This document shows positions 1 to 9,753 of a stretch of DNA of 64,000 nucleotides, piece by piece (position 1 is the stretch's first letter; each line of letters opens with the position of its first letter). This stretch comes from Sedimentisphaerales bacterium (GTDB lineage: Bacteria; Planctomycetota; Phycisphaerae; Sedimentisphaerales; Anaerohalosphaeraceae). Made by a program: the position numbers and the translations under genes. The notes beneath the pieces were generated by a model that searched no databases, was not told where the DNA came from, and was given only the letters and a program-made list of their open reading frames with translations. The stretch is taken from assembly GCA_028282905.1 (NCBI GenBank), contig JANQGW010000112.1, positions 189-64,188 on the forward strand. The letters are read 5' to 3'.

Positions 1-120
1 GATGACGCCGCCTTCGTATTCGCCCTTGATTTCCAGGGCATTATAAACAGCGGGTACCTGCGAGACAAACTCGGCCTCAAACGTACTGCCCACTACCTGT
101 GTAATTCGTCCACGATTCAT
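1..120 (-). CDS. atpD: F0F1 ATP synthase subunit beta, first 40 codons only (gene runs off the left edge)
   Basis: Hand translation of the reverse complement from the ATG at 120 gives MNRGRITQVVGSTFEAEFVSQVPAVYNALEIKGEYEGGVI, a typical beta-subunit N-terminus. It lies 48 nt downstream of atpG, in canonical operon order. Confidence 0.85.
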   Translation of the reverse strand, partial: MNRGRITQVVGSTFEAEFVSQVPAVYNALEIKGEYEGGVI

Positions 121-168
121 CTTTTTATATACTCACAAACAACCGTATTGCTATTAACTTATTCTGAT

Positions 169-1062
169 TTACTTCGCCGCCTCTACGCCCGCAACGATGT
201 CGAGCAATTCGACGGTAATCTGGCCCTGTCGGGCGCGATTATATTCTTTGGTCAGGTCTTTAATCATATCGTCGGCGTTATCAGAGGCACTTCGCATACA
301 GACCACGCGAGCCAGATGCTCGCTAACGGCTGCTTCGAGAAAACAGCCCAGTACCGACGTACGAATAATCATTTTCGCCAATGTCTCAAAAATACTTTCC
401 GGCGACGGACTCAGCTCAAAATCCTCAAAATCCAATTCCCACGGCCAGATAACCGTCGCCCGGGTTGTCAAGTCGTCAATCAAATCGACAATCGGCAATA
501 CCGTCAGCGTCTGAGCCTTCTGGCTGGCCGGCGAGAAAAATCGGTTATACACAATGCCAAGGCGGCCAATATTGCCCTGGGTGTATTCATCCATGAAGAA
601 GTCACCAATATCGTTGGCCTGTTCGGTGCTTGGCACTTCCTGAAACTCGTCATAAATATGTGCCGGCTCAACGCCCTGCTGCTCCAGATAGGCAATGACC
701 TTGCGGCCCTTGGCGTAAATTTTTAATTCACGACCAAACCGTTTGGCCATCTTTAAATGTGTATCGATCTGGCGGAAAATGTCGGTATTGTACGCCCCGC
801 ACAGGCCGCGGTCCGAGCCAATCACAATCAGTGCGTTGACCTTGGACTTGGGCGCATCCATCAGCGGGTGCGGAATCTTTGTCTGGGCGGTGACCATCAG
901 GTAGGCCAACTGCGCGAGCGTATCGTAAAACGCCACACCCTCGGCCCATTGGTTATAGTACTGGCGATAGCGCACGGCACTGATGGTCTCCATGGTGCCG
1001 GTGACCTTGCTGATATTCGCCGCGGCGTTGCGGCGTAACAAAATTTGTCTCGTATTGGCCAT
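169..1062 (-). CDS. atpG: F0F1 ATP synthase subunit gamma
   Basis: 297-aa ORF. The N-terminus MANTRQILLRRNAAANISKVTGTMETISAVRY and the C-terminus ITVELLDIVAGVEA match the gamma-subunit pattern. It lies between atpA and atpD. Confidence 0.95.
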   Translation of the reverse strand: MANTRQILLRRNAAANISKVTGTMETISAVRYRQYYNQWAEGVAFYDTLAQLAYLMVTAQTKIPHPLMDAPKSKVNALIVIGSDRGLCGAYNTDIFRQIDTHLKMAKRFGRELKIYAKGRKVIAYLEQQGVEPAHIYDEFQEVPSTEQANDIGDFFMDEYTQGNIGRLGIVYNRFFSPASQKAQTLTVLPIVDLIDDLTTRATVIWPWELDFEDFELSPSPESIFETLAKMIIRTSVLGCFLEAAVSEHLARVVCMRSASDNADDMIKDLTKEYNRARQGQITVELLDIVAGVEAAK

Positions 1063-1100
1063 TAAGGCAAATCAACTATCAAATTGTCAAAATTACAATT

Positions 1101-1127
1101 CTGGATTCCCGCCTTCACGGGAATGAC
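1101..1127 (-). repeat. REP-like hairpin unit (GTCAT-stem-loop-stem-ATCCAG family), single copy between atpA and atpG
   Basis: The reverse complement reads GTCATTCCCGTGAAGGCGGGAATCCAG, with a perfect ATTCCCG/CGGGAAT stem. Related units occur at 14978, 29266 and 47323. The spurious ORF 1084..1287 translates it as WIPAFTGMT. Confidence 0.6.
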
Positions 1128-1132
1128 ATCTA

Positions 1133-2656
<1,524 letters not shown>

Positions 2657-2689
2657 TATCGTTACTCAATAATTTCGCTAAATTCTATA

Positions 2690-3262
2690 TCATTCCTTCG
2701 CGGCTTTTTCCTGGGACCGCTGCATGATCGCATCGACAGTTCGCGTCATAATCGTTTTGACCGAATTATCAACCACCAGGTCGCCCTTTTTAATTACGAT
2801 GCCGCCAATGATCTCCGGATCGACGTTAACCGACAGCTTGATTTCGCCTTTGATCGCATCGGTAATATCAGCCTTGATTTTTTCAAGCTGGTCGCCCATC
2901 GGTTCACTTGCCAGTGTCACCTCGACACGATGCAGGTTCTTCTTTTCGTCCATCAGCGATTGATACCGGTCGCCAATGCCGTGTACGAAATTCATGCGGT
3001 TTCGCCTGGCCAGCACACACAGAAAATCCAGCGTCAGATCGTTGACGCGGCCCTTAAAGACCCGGCGAATCATCGAGGCCTTTTCGTCGTCTTTGACGTG
3101 TCCCAGCGTCAGCAATGACAGAAACTCCGGTTCATCCTTGAGCACATCACTGACCGATTCGAGATCGTCCATGACATGTTCGGTCAGGCCGGATTCGTTC
3201 GCCAGCTCAAACATCACGTCGCTGTAAATCTCGTGAATAATATGTCGTGCGTTGCGTGCCAT
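2690..3262 (-). CDS. atpH: F0F1 ATP synthase subunit delta (OSCP)
   Basis: 190-aa ORF. The C-terminal IIGGIVIKKGDLVVDNSVK motif is typical of OSCP/delta. Positioned between atpF and atpA. Confidence 0.85.
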   Translation of the reverse strand: MARNARHIIHEIYSDVMFELANESGLTEHVMDDLESVSDVLKDEPEFLSLLTLGHVKDDEKASMIRRVFKGRVNDLTLDFLCVLARRNRMNFVHGIGDRYQSLMDEKKNLHRVEVTLASEPMGDQLEKIKADITDAIKGEIKLSVNVDPEIIGGIVIKKGDLVVDNSVKTIMTRTVDAIMQRSQEKAAKE

Positions 3263-3271
3263 CGTTTGTCT

Positions 3272-3871
3272 TTACTGCCGATGCTGATCTTTCAGGCGTG
3301 CAATCGCCTCATCGATCAGCTTCTGGTTATCTTGATCGTCCAGCGTCTTGCCGAAAACTTCCTCGCCCAGTTTCTGGACGATGCCTCCGGCCTGCTGCCA
3401 CAATTCATCTTCGGCGCTGATGCGTTCGCGTTCCAGTTCGGCCTGGGCGCGAAGCTTCATCGTCTCGATTTCTTTCTGGTTCTGCCGCGATACTTCCCGG
3501 GCCTGCTGTTCGGCTTCTTTCGTCCGGGCGGTGATAATCGTCCGCCCCTGTCGCTCGGCATCGGCCAGTTTGGCGCCGTACTCTTCCAGCACCTTTTGGG
3601 CCTCGGTCTTGGACTTCTCGGCGTCTGCAATCTGCTTTTCAATATGCTCGGTCCGGTTGGTCAACCCCGCCAGCATCGGCTTCCAGGCAAACTTCCGAAG
3701 TACCAACAACAGAACGCCAAACCAAACCAATGCCCAGATATATTCACCCGACCAGCCGCCGAAAAGTTGAAACGGACTGCTCTCTTCGGACTCGGCAGGT
3801 TCCGATGCCAATACCGGCAACGTTACGACACATAAAAGCCACAGAACCACACTCATTCGGCGTATGTTCAT
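3272..3871 (-). CDS. atpF: F0F1 ATP synthase subunit b
   Basis: 199-aa ORF with an N-terminal membrane anchor followed by a long charged coiled coil (AEKSKTEAQKVLEEYGAKLADAERQ). Positioned between atpE and atpH. Confidence 0.85.
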   Translation of the reverse strand: MNIRRMSVVLWLLCVVTLPVLASEPAESEESSPFQLFGGWSGEYIWALVWFGVLLLVLRKFAWKPMLAGLTNRTEHIEKQIADAEKSKTEAQKVLEEYGAKLADAERQGRTIITARTKEAEQQAREVSRQNQKEIETMKLRAQAELERERISAEDELWQQAGGIVQKLGEEVFGKTLDDQDNQKLIDEAIARLKDQHRQ

Positions 3872-3898
3872 TTGCTTCCTCGCAGTTGAATCGTTCCG

Positions 3899-4228
3899 CT
3901 ACTTAATAACCGCCAACAAACAGATAATCAGCGCAAAGAGCGTCACACCTTCGATCAGCGCCGCTGCGATAATCATCGTCGTAAAGATACGGCCGCCTGC
4001 TTCGGGCTGACGGGCAATCGCTTCTACGGCACTTCCGGCCAATTGGCCGATACCGCGAGCGGCACCCATTACGATCAGACCGGCGCCAAGAACACCGCCC
4101 ATTATGCCAATGCCTTTGGCCAGGAATTCAAACATATCGCCGCTGGCTGCCACTGTTTCGGCAGCTTCCGGAGCCGCCTGAGAAGCATCCGCCAGCAACA
4201 TCGGCACCATCATCAAAACGTCTAACAT
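3899..4228 (-). CDS. atpE: F0F1 ATP synthase subunit c with an N-terminal extension of about 31 aa
   Basis: The C-terminal 78 aa form a typical c-subunit hairpin (GAARGIGQ, ARQPE, carboxylate in AALIEGVTLFAL). The long start at 4228 has a GGAGG 10 nt upstream. The internal ATG at 4135 has no obvious SD. Confidence 0.9.
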   Translation of the reverse strand: MLDVLMMVPMLLADASQAAPEAAETVAASGDMFEFLAKGIGIMGGVLGAGLIVMGAARGIGQLAGSAVEAIARQPEAGGRIFTTMIIAAALIEGVTLFALIICLLAVIK

Positions 4229-4305
4229 CTTGCTAAAACCTCCAATACAAAAATAAGGTTAATTCCCTAATCTATTCACTGTTCACTAACAAGTATTTAC
4301 TAACT

Positions 4306-5115
4306 CTAATGTTCTTCACTGATTGCAAAGCCAATAAAGATCGTCGTCAAAAACGTAAAGATATACGCCTGCAGAAATGCGACAAAGATTTCCAGCAGAC
4401 TCATCATCGTCGCCGCGGTAATCGAAGCCGAGGCCACCATAAAATTCTTAAACAGCAGGATAAATCCCAGCAGCACGCTTAGCAGAATGTGGCCGGCCAG
4501 GATATTGGCAAATAAACGAATGGCCAGCGAAAACAGCCGGACAAACGAGCTGATCAGTTCCATAAGAAACATAAATGGCATCATCGGCCACGGCACCTTG
4601 GGCGACAACGTCGCGAAATACTTGATGAAACCCTTCTCGAAAATACCAGCTAAGTGGAACAGGAAAAACGCAAATGTCGCCAGGGCACCCGTCACATACA
4701 GGTTTGCGGTAGCGGCACCATAAATATGATTTTGCTTACCAAAAATAATTCCCAAAACCGCGTTAAACGGAACCATTCCCAGAAGATTCAAAATCAAAAT
4801 GAAAAAGAAGATCGACCACAGATAGGGAATATAGCGGTCTGTTTGTTTCTTAAGAAACGGCCGCGCCACATCTTCACGGATAAACACGCAAATCGTCTCA
4901 ATGATATTATAAAATCCTCGCGGGATAAGCTGGCGACGGGCAATCACCAGCGGCATAACAATCATCAGCACAATGGAACCAACAGTGATCATGAGCATAT
5001 GGTTGGTAAACGGAATCTCTTTACCAAAAAGCGGAATCGTAAAGAGTTCGTGGCTCACCACGTGCTCAAGCGGGTTCATACTACCCAAATATGTCCCAAA
5101 GATCGCCATGTACAT
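4306..5115 (-). CDS. atpB: F0F1 ATP synthase subunit a
   Basis: 269-aa polytopic ORF with the conserved LAIRLFANILAGH arginine motif. The ATG at 5115 has AGGAA 5 nt upstream. An alternative ATG at 5079 sits 1 nt after the upstream gene's stop. Confidence 0.92.
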   Translation of the reverse strand: MYMAIFGTYLGSMNPLEHVVSHELFTIPLFGKEIPFTNHMLMITVGSIVLMIVMPLVIARRQLIPRGFYNIIETICVFIREDVARPFLKKQTDRYIPYLWSIFFFILILNLLGMVPFNAVLGIIFGKQNHIYGAATANLYVTGALATFAFFLFHLAGIFEKGFIKYFATLSPKVPWPMMPFMFLMELISSFVRLFSLAIRLFANILAGHILLSVLLGFILLFKNFMVASASITAATMMSLLEIFVAFLQAYIFTFLTTIFIGFAISEEH

Positions 5116-5548
5116 TTCGTTCCTGTTTTGATAACTCGCTGTTTCGCAATATCCACAGGGCCAGCCAAGTGTCCGCCGCCAGGAAGATCACATAGTATAT
5201 TCCCAGAAACAAGACAAACCAACTCCGGTGTATATCCATAAAAAAGGTGATTATAGCAGTTCCGGCGCCACTAATCAACAACCGAATTGCGGCGGCGATT
5301 GCGGCGACCATCAGCACCCAGTACGCATCCCTGCCCCAGCCCTTACTAATAATATAGAGTCCGGTTAGACCGGCAATCACGGAAATAATCATTGCCGTCA
5401 GGCAGGCCCGGCTGACATGCAGGCCGCCGGTTTCACTGAGCCGAAAGACAAACATCACTCCGAAAAGCAGCAAAAATACCATCCCCGCGACCTTTCCCCA
5501 CGGAAAGATCATGAAAAACGGTTCTTTTTCTGTCTTTTTTCGGGCCAC
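5081..5548 (-). CDS. atpI: ATP synthase subunit I-like small membrane protein
   Basis: 155-aa, roughly 4-TM ORF immediately upstream of atpB. Its GTG start overlaps the stop of the preceding AtpZ-like gene (TAGTG). The call rests on position and topology, not a strong motif. Confidence 0.5.
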   Translation of the reverse strand: MARKKTEKEPFFMIFPWGKVAGMVFLLLFGVMFVFRLSETGGLHVSRACLTAMIISVIAGLTGLYIISKGWGRDAYWVLMVAAIAAAIRLLISGAGTAIITFFMDIHRSWFVLFLGIYYVIFLAADTWLALWILRNSELSKQERNVHGDLWDIFG

Positions 5549-5820
5549 TATACGTCCTCTTCGTCCTCATCCGGCGGGATGTCCAAATCCTTCTGGGTGG
5601 ATTGAGCGCGTTTGATAATGATATACATCATCACGCCAAAGCCAATAAAAAAGCCCAGGATCATCCAACCCGGGCTGGTATTTTCTAATTTATCGAGCCA
5701 ATAGCCGCCAAAGACAAACATCCCAATGACCACACAAAACTCCACCCCAATGCCCATCCATCGGAATGCCGCCCGGTAAAAAGATGCGTCCGTCGGTTGA
5801 AGTTTCCGTCTTCGGGCCAT
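5548..5820 (-). CDS. AtpZ/ATPase_gene1-like small membrane protein (first gene of the atp operon)
   Basis: FRWMGIGVEFCVVIGMFVFGGYWLDKL...WMILGFFIGFGVMMY resembles the AtpZ family. I prefer the ATG at 5820 (AAGGGA 6 nt upstream) over the GTG at 5835 in the ORF track. Confidence 0.6.
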   Translation of the reverse strand: MARRRKLQPTDASFYRAAFRWMGIGVEFCVVIGMFVFGGYWLDKLENTSPGWMILGFFIGFGVMMYIIIKRAQSTQKDLDIPPDEDEEDV

Positions 5821-5933
5821 TGAATCCCTTTCCACCGCCCCTGCCGGCGAGGCAGGAGGTTCTCACTCAACGCATGGTTTTATGCACAATCAGAGACCAC
5901 AAAATCAATGACGGTCTTTCTATATAAAGCAGA

Positions 5934-5958
5934 TACCGCCGACGTAATGCCGGCGGTA
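5934..5958 (-). terminator. Candidate hairpin terminator after the HEAT-repeat gene
   Basis: TACCGCCG...CGGCGGTA 8-bp stem, 38 nt downstream of the stop at 5996. The T-tract is weak. Confidence 0.4.
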
Positions 5959-5995
5959 CACTATGTAATTTCAAATTTTACTCAACGATGAATCG

Positions 5996-7765
5996 TTAGG
6001 ATTTGGCCTGATCGAGAATCAGACTCTTGACCTGTTCGCTCGGCAGGTTCAGGGCACCGTAGGCTCCGGCTGCCGCCGACCGCAGATCCGGGTCGGTTTC
6101 GAGTGAGCTTACCAGCCCGTAAATCGCCTCAACCTGCTCAGTCAGCAGCAGATTCGCATTAATCTTGGCCGAAACCGCCAAGGAAGCAAACGCGGAAATC
6201 CGAACATCGTTGCTGTTTTCATCAGACAGTGCCATCAGAGCAACCGCACGCTGTGCTTCCGGGCTTTCCAGATGCGACAAAACCTGTGCGGCCAGCGTCT
6301 GCATGGTCGGATTGGCCTGTTGGGTAACGGCAATCAGGGCATCCTGTGCCAGTGCCAGGTCAACGACCTTGTTGCGTGTCAGGGCCAGTTTATACATAGC
6401 TTTTACTGCCCGCAATGCATACTCTGCAGACAATTCAGCATCAATTTCGTCACCATTTTCCGCGACAATCGCAGCGGCCAGGTTTTCAACGATCAATTTG
6501 CTGTTAATAAACTCAATGACCGGATTCGCTTCGGCAAAGGCGATCGCCGCACTGTAGCGGACTTTACGATCCGAGAATTCCAAGGCCTTCGCCAGCGGCT
6601 GTTCGGCACCCACACGGTACAGCAGCGACTTTTCGCCGGCATTAGCAGCCATTGCCTCAACAACACCCAGCGACACATAGGCGTCTTCATCATTCAACGC
6701 ACGTTCGAGTGCCTGATGCAGGTATTCAGGGCCGGCCGTCGTCGCATAGGTCATTGCGTCAGCATGGCCTGCGTCAAAGTATTCCGGCATATCAACACCC
6801 ACCTCTTCGGCACGGAAAAACGAAGCAATCCACAGGCCAATCGCCTTGCCGATACCGGCATCCGCTTTCAGTGCCCATTCACAGCTGCGCATCGACATCA
6901 TTTCATCGAAATAACGCTTGTCAATTTCACGACGGATCAACGCCTGCTTATCGGCATCCCAGAACCAGATATTGGCAAAATCAAATTCAGCCGGCGTGGA
7001 CAGTGAATCGTCCTGGTCGTAGTACTTTTCACCCAGTGTGAAAAACATTTCCGCGGCGGGTGCTTTCAGGGCTTCAGGATTGATTTGTTCAATCGCATTG
7101 ACCGCCTGAGTCTTCAATTCATCCGAATCTGATGTTTCGGCAATCAGTTTCAGATGCGGCAGCGGCTCATAATAGCCGATTTTGCCCAACGCACGGACAA
7201 CTTCAATCTTGATCGCTACGTCATCCATCTGCAAAGAGGCTACCAGCGGGCGAATCGCGGAACGACCAATCTTCGGCAGCGTTTCGGTAATATAGGAGAA
7301 CTCATTCTTGCGGGTTTCGTCGCCCAAAGCCGACAACATATAAGGAATGGCGTATTCGCCGGCGTTGCGGAGACGTTCTTCAGCCGCCAGACGCCCGCGA
7401 ATCGTGGTGCTGAGCCGTTTGATTTCTGCGACGATGATTTTCGGGTCGGTTCGACGGATATACCGGCCCTGTTCGATCAAATCAAGAATTTGACCGCTGA
7501 CTTCGCGCAACTGGTCACTATCGGAGTGCATTTTCAGCAATAAACGATAGCCCTGTGCGTTTTTCTGAGCCAATTCGAGCAATTCAACCGGGTCGGCCTG
7601 GTCGGCAATGAGCTGCTCACCATGGCTTTTGGCCAGTTCAAAACGCCCGATGGCAGTGTAATGAAGAAAATCATTCCAATTTTCCTCAACGGTTGCACCA
7701 AAAAGGCCGCAAGACAACAGCAAAACCGCCGCGACTGCCAATTTCAAAGAACTTTTGTTTTCCAT
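5996..7765 (-). CDS. Secreted HEAT/armadillo-type repeat protein, function unknown
   Basis: 589-aa ORF with an N-terminal signal-like segment (KLAVAAVLLLSCGLFG). Repeated alpha-helical units such as AIRPLVASLQMDDVAIKIEVVRALGKIG are typical of HEAT/PBS-lyase repeats. Confidence 0.6.
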   Translation of the reverse strand: MENKSSLKLAVAAVLLLSCGLFGATVEENWNDFLHYTAIGRFELAKSHGEQLIADQADPVELLELAQKNAQGYRLLLKMHSDSDQLREVSGQILDLIEQGRYIRRTDPKIIVAEIKRLSTTIRGRLAAEERLRNAGEYAIPYMLSALGDETRKNEFSYITETLPKIGRSAIRPLVASLQMDDVAIKIEVVRALGKIGYYEPLPHLKLIAETSDSDELKTQAVNAIEQINPEALKAPAAEMFFTLGEKYYDQDDSLSTPAEFDFANIWFWDADKQALIRREIDKRYFDEMMSMRSCEWALKADAGIGKAIGLWIASFFRAEEVGVDMPEYFDAGHADAMTYATTAGPEYLHQALERALNDEDAYVSLGVVEAMAANAGEKSLLYRVGAEQPLAKALEFSDRKVRYSAAIAFAEANPVIEFINSKLIVENLAAAIVAENGDEIDAELSAEYALRAVKAMYKLALTRNKVVDLALAQDALIAVTQQANPTMQTLAAQVLSHLESPEAQRAVALMALSDENSNDVRISAFASLAVSAKINANLLLTEQVEAIYGLVSSLETDPDLRSAAAGAYGALNLPSEQVKSLILDQAKS

Positions 7766-7942
7766 CGATAATCTCCACTATAAATGATTCCGGTCGTTTC
7801 TCTTAAGAGAAAACATAACTTCGTTATTCAAAAGCACTTATCGACATTTGGTCCGAATAGACCGAATGCGTTCGTCCCATTATAAAGGCCTCTTGGAAGC
7901 TGTCAATTAAAAACCACCCCTATCATACTGATAATCCCGATT

Positions 7943-8605
7943 TTAGCCGGTAAAACCGTACAAATTGTGCAACCGGATGTACTCTATCACCGCTTGCGGT
8001 AATAAATCCGACGGAAATTGCCCATTCGCCAGTTCCAGGCGAATTTGCGTGCTGCTGATATCAATCAGCGGCGTCTGAACAACGTCACGAGCCAGTTTTT
8101 CAACCTGATCGGCCCTGAGTACCCCCATAAAGCGGTTAAATTCAGGCTTCGGATACCCTGCGCGATACATTACGGTAACCCGACACGCATCCAGCAATTC
8201 GGATACCTTATACCACTTGTCAAAATCGTTTAACTGGTCGGCGCCGATCAACCAGTGCAGGTCCGTGCCCTCTCCAAGCTGCTCTCGAAAAAAGTTTATT
8301 GTATCCAATGTGTAACTCGGCGCCGGTCGATTTAATTCACACTCGCTAACCGAAAATGAAGGATCATTTTGGGTTGCCTGGCGAATCATTTGCACACGAT
8401 GTTTTCCATCAACAGGCGAATCCGTTTTATGCGGACTGCGCCGCACCGGAACAAAGATCAACTGCCCGGCATTAAGCTGACAAAAGACATCGCGCGCGAC
8501 ACGCAAGTGCCCGTTATGTATCGGATCAAATGAACCGCCAAACAAAATGGTTTTTGCTTTTTTCAACACCGGCAATCTTAACAAAAAACTGTTAAAACCG
8601 CACAT
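7943..8605 (-). CDS. nadD: Nicotinate-nucleotide adenylyltransferase
   Basis: GGSFDPIHNGHL nucleotidyltransferase motif near the N-terminus plus a C-terminal ISSTQIR motif; 220 aa. Confidence 0.9.
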   Translation of the reverse strand: MCGFNSFLLRLPVLKKAKTILFGGSFDPIHNGHLRVARDVFCQLNAGQLIFVPVRRSPHKTDSPVDGKHRVQMIRQATQNDPSFSVSECELNRPAPSYTLDTINFFREQLGEGTDLHWLIGADQLNDFDKWYKVSELLDACRVTVMYRAGYPKPEFNRFMGVLRADQVEKLARDVVQTPLIDISSTQIRLELANGQFPSDLLPQAVIEYIRLHNLYGFTG

Positions 8606-9021
8606 GTTTTTTTAACAAGGCAAGGAAATTTTCTTAAAAATACAAAATTTTTTCAAGTTTTTTTCTTGCATGAAGAACTTCATAATAACGCGGAAAAAGA
8701 AAGCAATCACTTAAACACAATCGCTTACTTTGCAAAACACTGTAAAAAATAAAGTTACAAAATTTTGCACTCCAGCATAGGTTTCAATGCAATATTCGAT
8801 TTTCAGTTTTTTTTAAACAAACATACCAAACACTCTTAATACAGTTTTATATTGAAGGAAACTATCACTCGATAAAAACCGGCAACCTCATTAACAGGGC
8901 TGTAAACTCACTTTTTATAAAGGATTCGCATGAAATTTGTCGATAAAGGTGTATAATATACGCAATTGTAATTCGAACGTAAAAACGAAACGCCAAGATC
9001 CTTTGAAAGGAGGTGACAAAC

Positions 9022-9351
9022 ATGGCCAAAAAGAAAGCTGCGAAAAAGAAAGTCGCAAAGAAAAAAGTAGCTAAGAAAAAAGCTCCTGCGAAGAAGAAAG
9101 TTGCTAAGAAAAAAGTAGCTAAGAAGAAAGCTCCTGCGAAGAAGAAAGCTGCAAAGAAAAAAGTAGCTAAGAAGAAAGTCGCAAAGAAGAAAGTTGCTAA
9201 GAAAAAAGTAGCTAAGAAGAAAAAAGCAACGAAGAAAAAAGCTGCTAAGAAGAAAGTCGCAAAGAAAAAAGTAGCTAAGAAGAAAGTTGCAAAGAAAAAA
9301 GCCACGAAAAAGAAAGCAACCAAGAAAAAAACAGCCAAGAAGAGAAAATAG
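9022..9351 (+). CDS. Lysine/alanine-repeat histone H1-like (Hc-like) nucleoid protein
   Basis: 109 aa made almost entirely of AKKK/VAKKK/APAKKK repeats. The ATG at 9022 is preceded by AAAGGAGGTGA with 8-nt spacing, while the track start (GTG at 9013) lies inside the SD. A strong terminator follows. Confidence 0.8.
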   Translation: MAKKKAAKKKVAKKKVAKKKAPAKKKVAKKKVAKKKAPAKKKAAKKKVAKKKVAKKKVAKKKVAKKKKATKKKAAKKKVAKKKVAKKKVAKKKATKKKATKKKTAKKRK

Positions 9352-9383
9352 TGGACGATAAGTTCCACAAACAGTGGTACACA

Positions 9384-9425
9384 AAAGGAAGGTTTCTCAT
9401 CCACGTCGAAACCTTCCTTTTTTTA
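9384..9425 (+). terminator. Rho-independent terminator of the histone-like gene
   Basis: AAAGGAAGGTTTC (9384-9396) pairs perfectly with GAAACCTTCCTTT (9408-9420), followed by a T-run. Confidence 0.85.
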
Positions 9426-9541
9426 TGACATATCACACCCAAACACCCCCTATTTCATCGTCTATAGGTTATTTTCAGGCTTTTCACTCTCATACCCCCT
9501 CCAAAGTTCGCTTTTTTCGCTATTTTTTAGGCCTAAATACT

Positions 9542-9570
9542 TTGCAACCGGCGTACATTCGGTATATAAT
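9542..9570 (+). promoter_or_regulatory. Near-consensus sigma70-type promoter
   Basis: TTGCAA (9542-9547), a 17-nt spacer, then TATAAT (9565-9570). The next gene starts at 9754, implying a leader of about 180 nt. Confidence 0.6.
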
Positions 9571-9753
9571 CCCCTAAAGCTGTGTAACGTCGGGTCTTTG
9601 CGCAGTTTATGAGCGGCTTTGCCGCATCGCAGCCGGGTGGGATCAAAGGTTCGCCTCCACCGGTGTCTATTTGGCATGAAACGGGATTCATTGCTCGTAT
9701 TAGAATGAAATTAAGGAATTATTCGAGTAATCTCTAAATAGGAAGTACAAAAC

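Noticed and set aside
9022-9351. Short-period DNA tandem repeats that could be mistaken for a CRISPR-like or satellite array
   Set aside because: The periodicity is that of the (V/A)AKKK codons inside an intact ORF. There are no unique spacers, and no cas genes are present in the window.
8865-9404. 179-aa and 158-aa minus-strand ORFs rich in FFFATFFLA / FLLS repeats
   Set aside because: They are reverse-complement readings of the AAG/AAA lysine-codon repeats of the histone-like gene (9022-9351). That gene has a strong SD and terminator on the plus strand.
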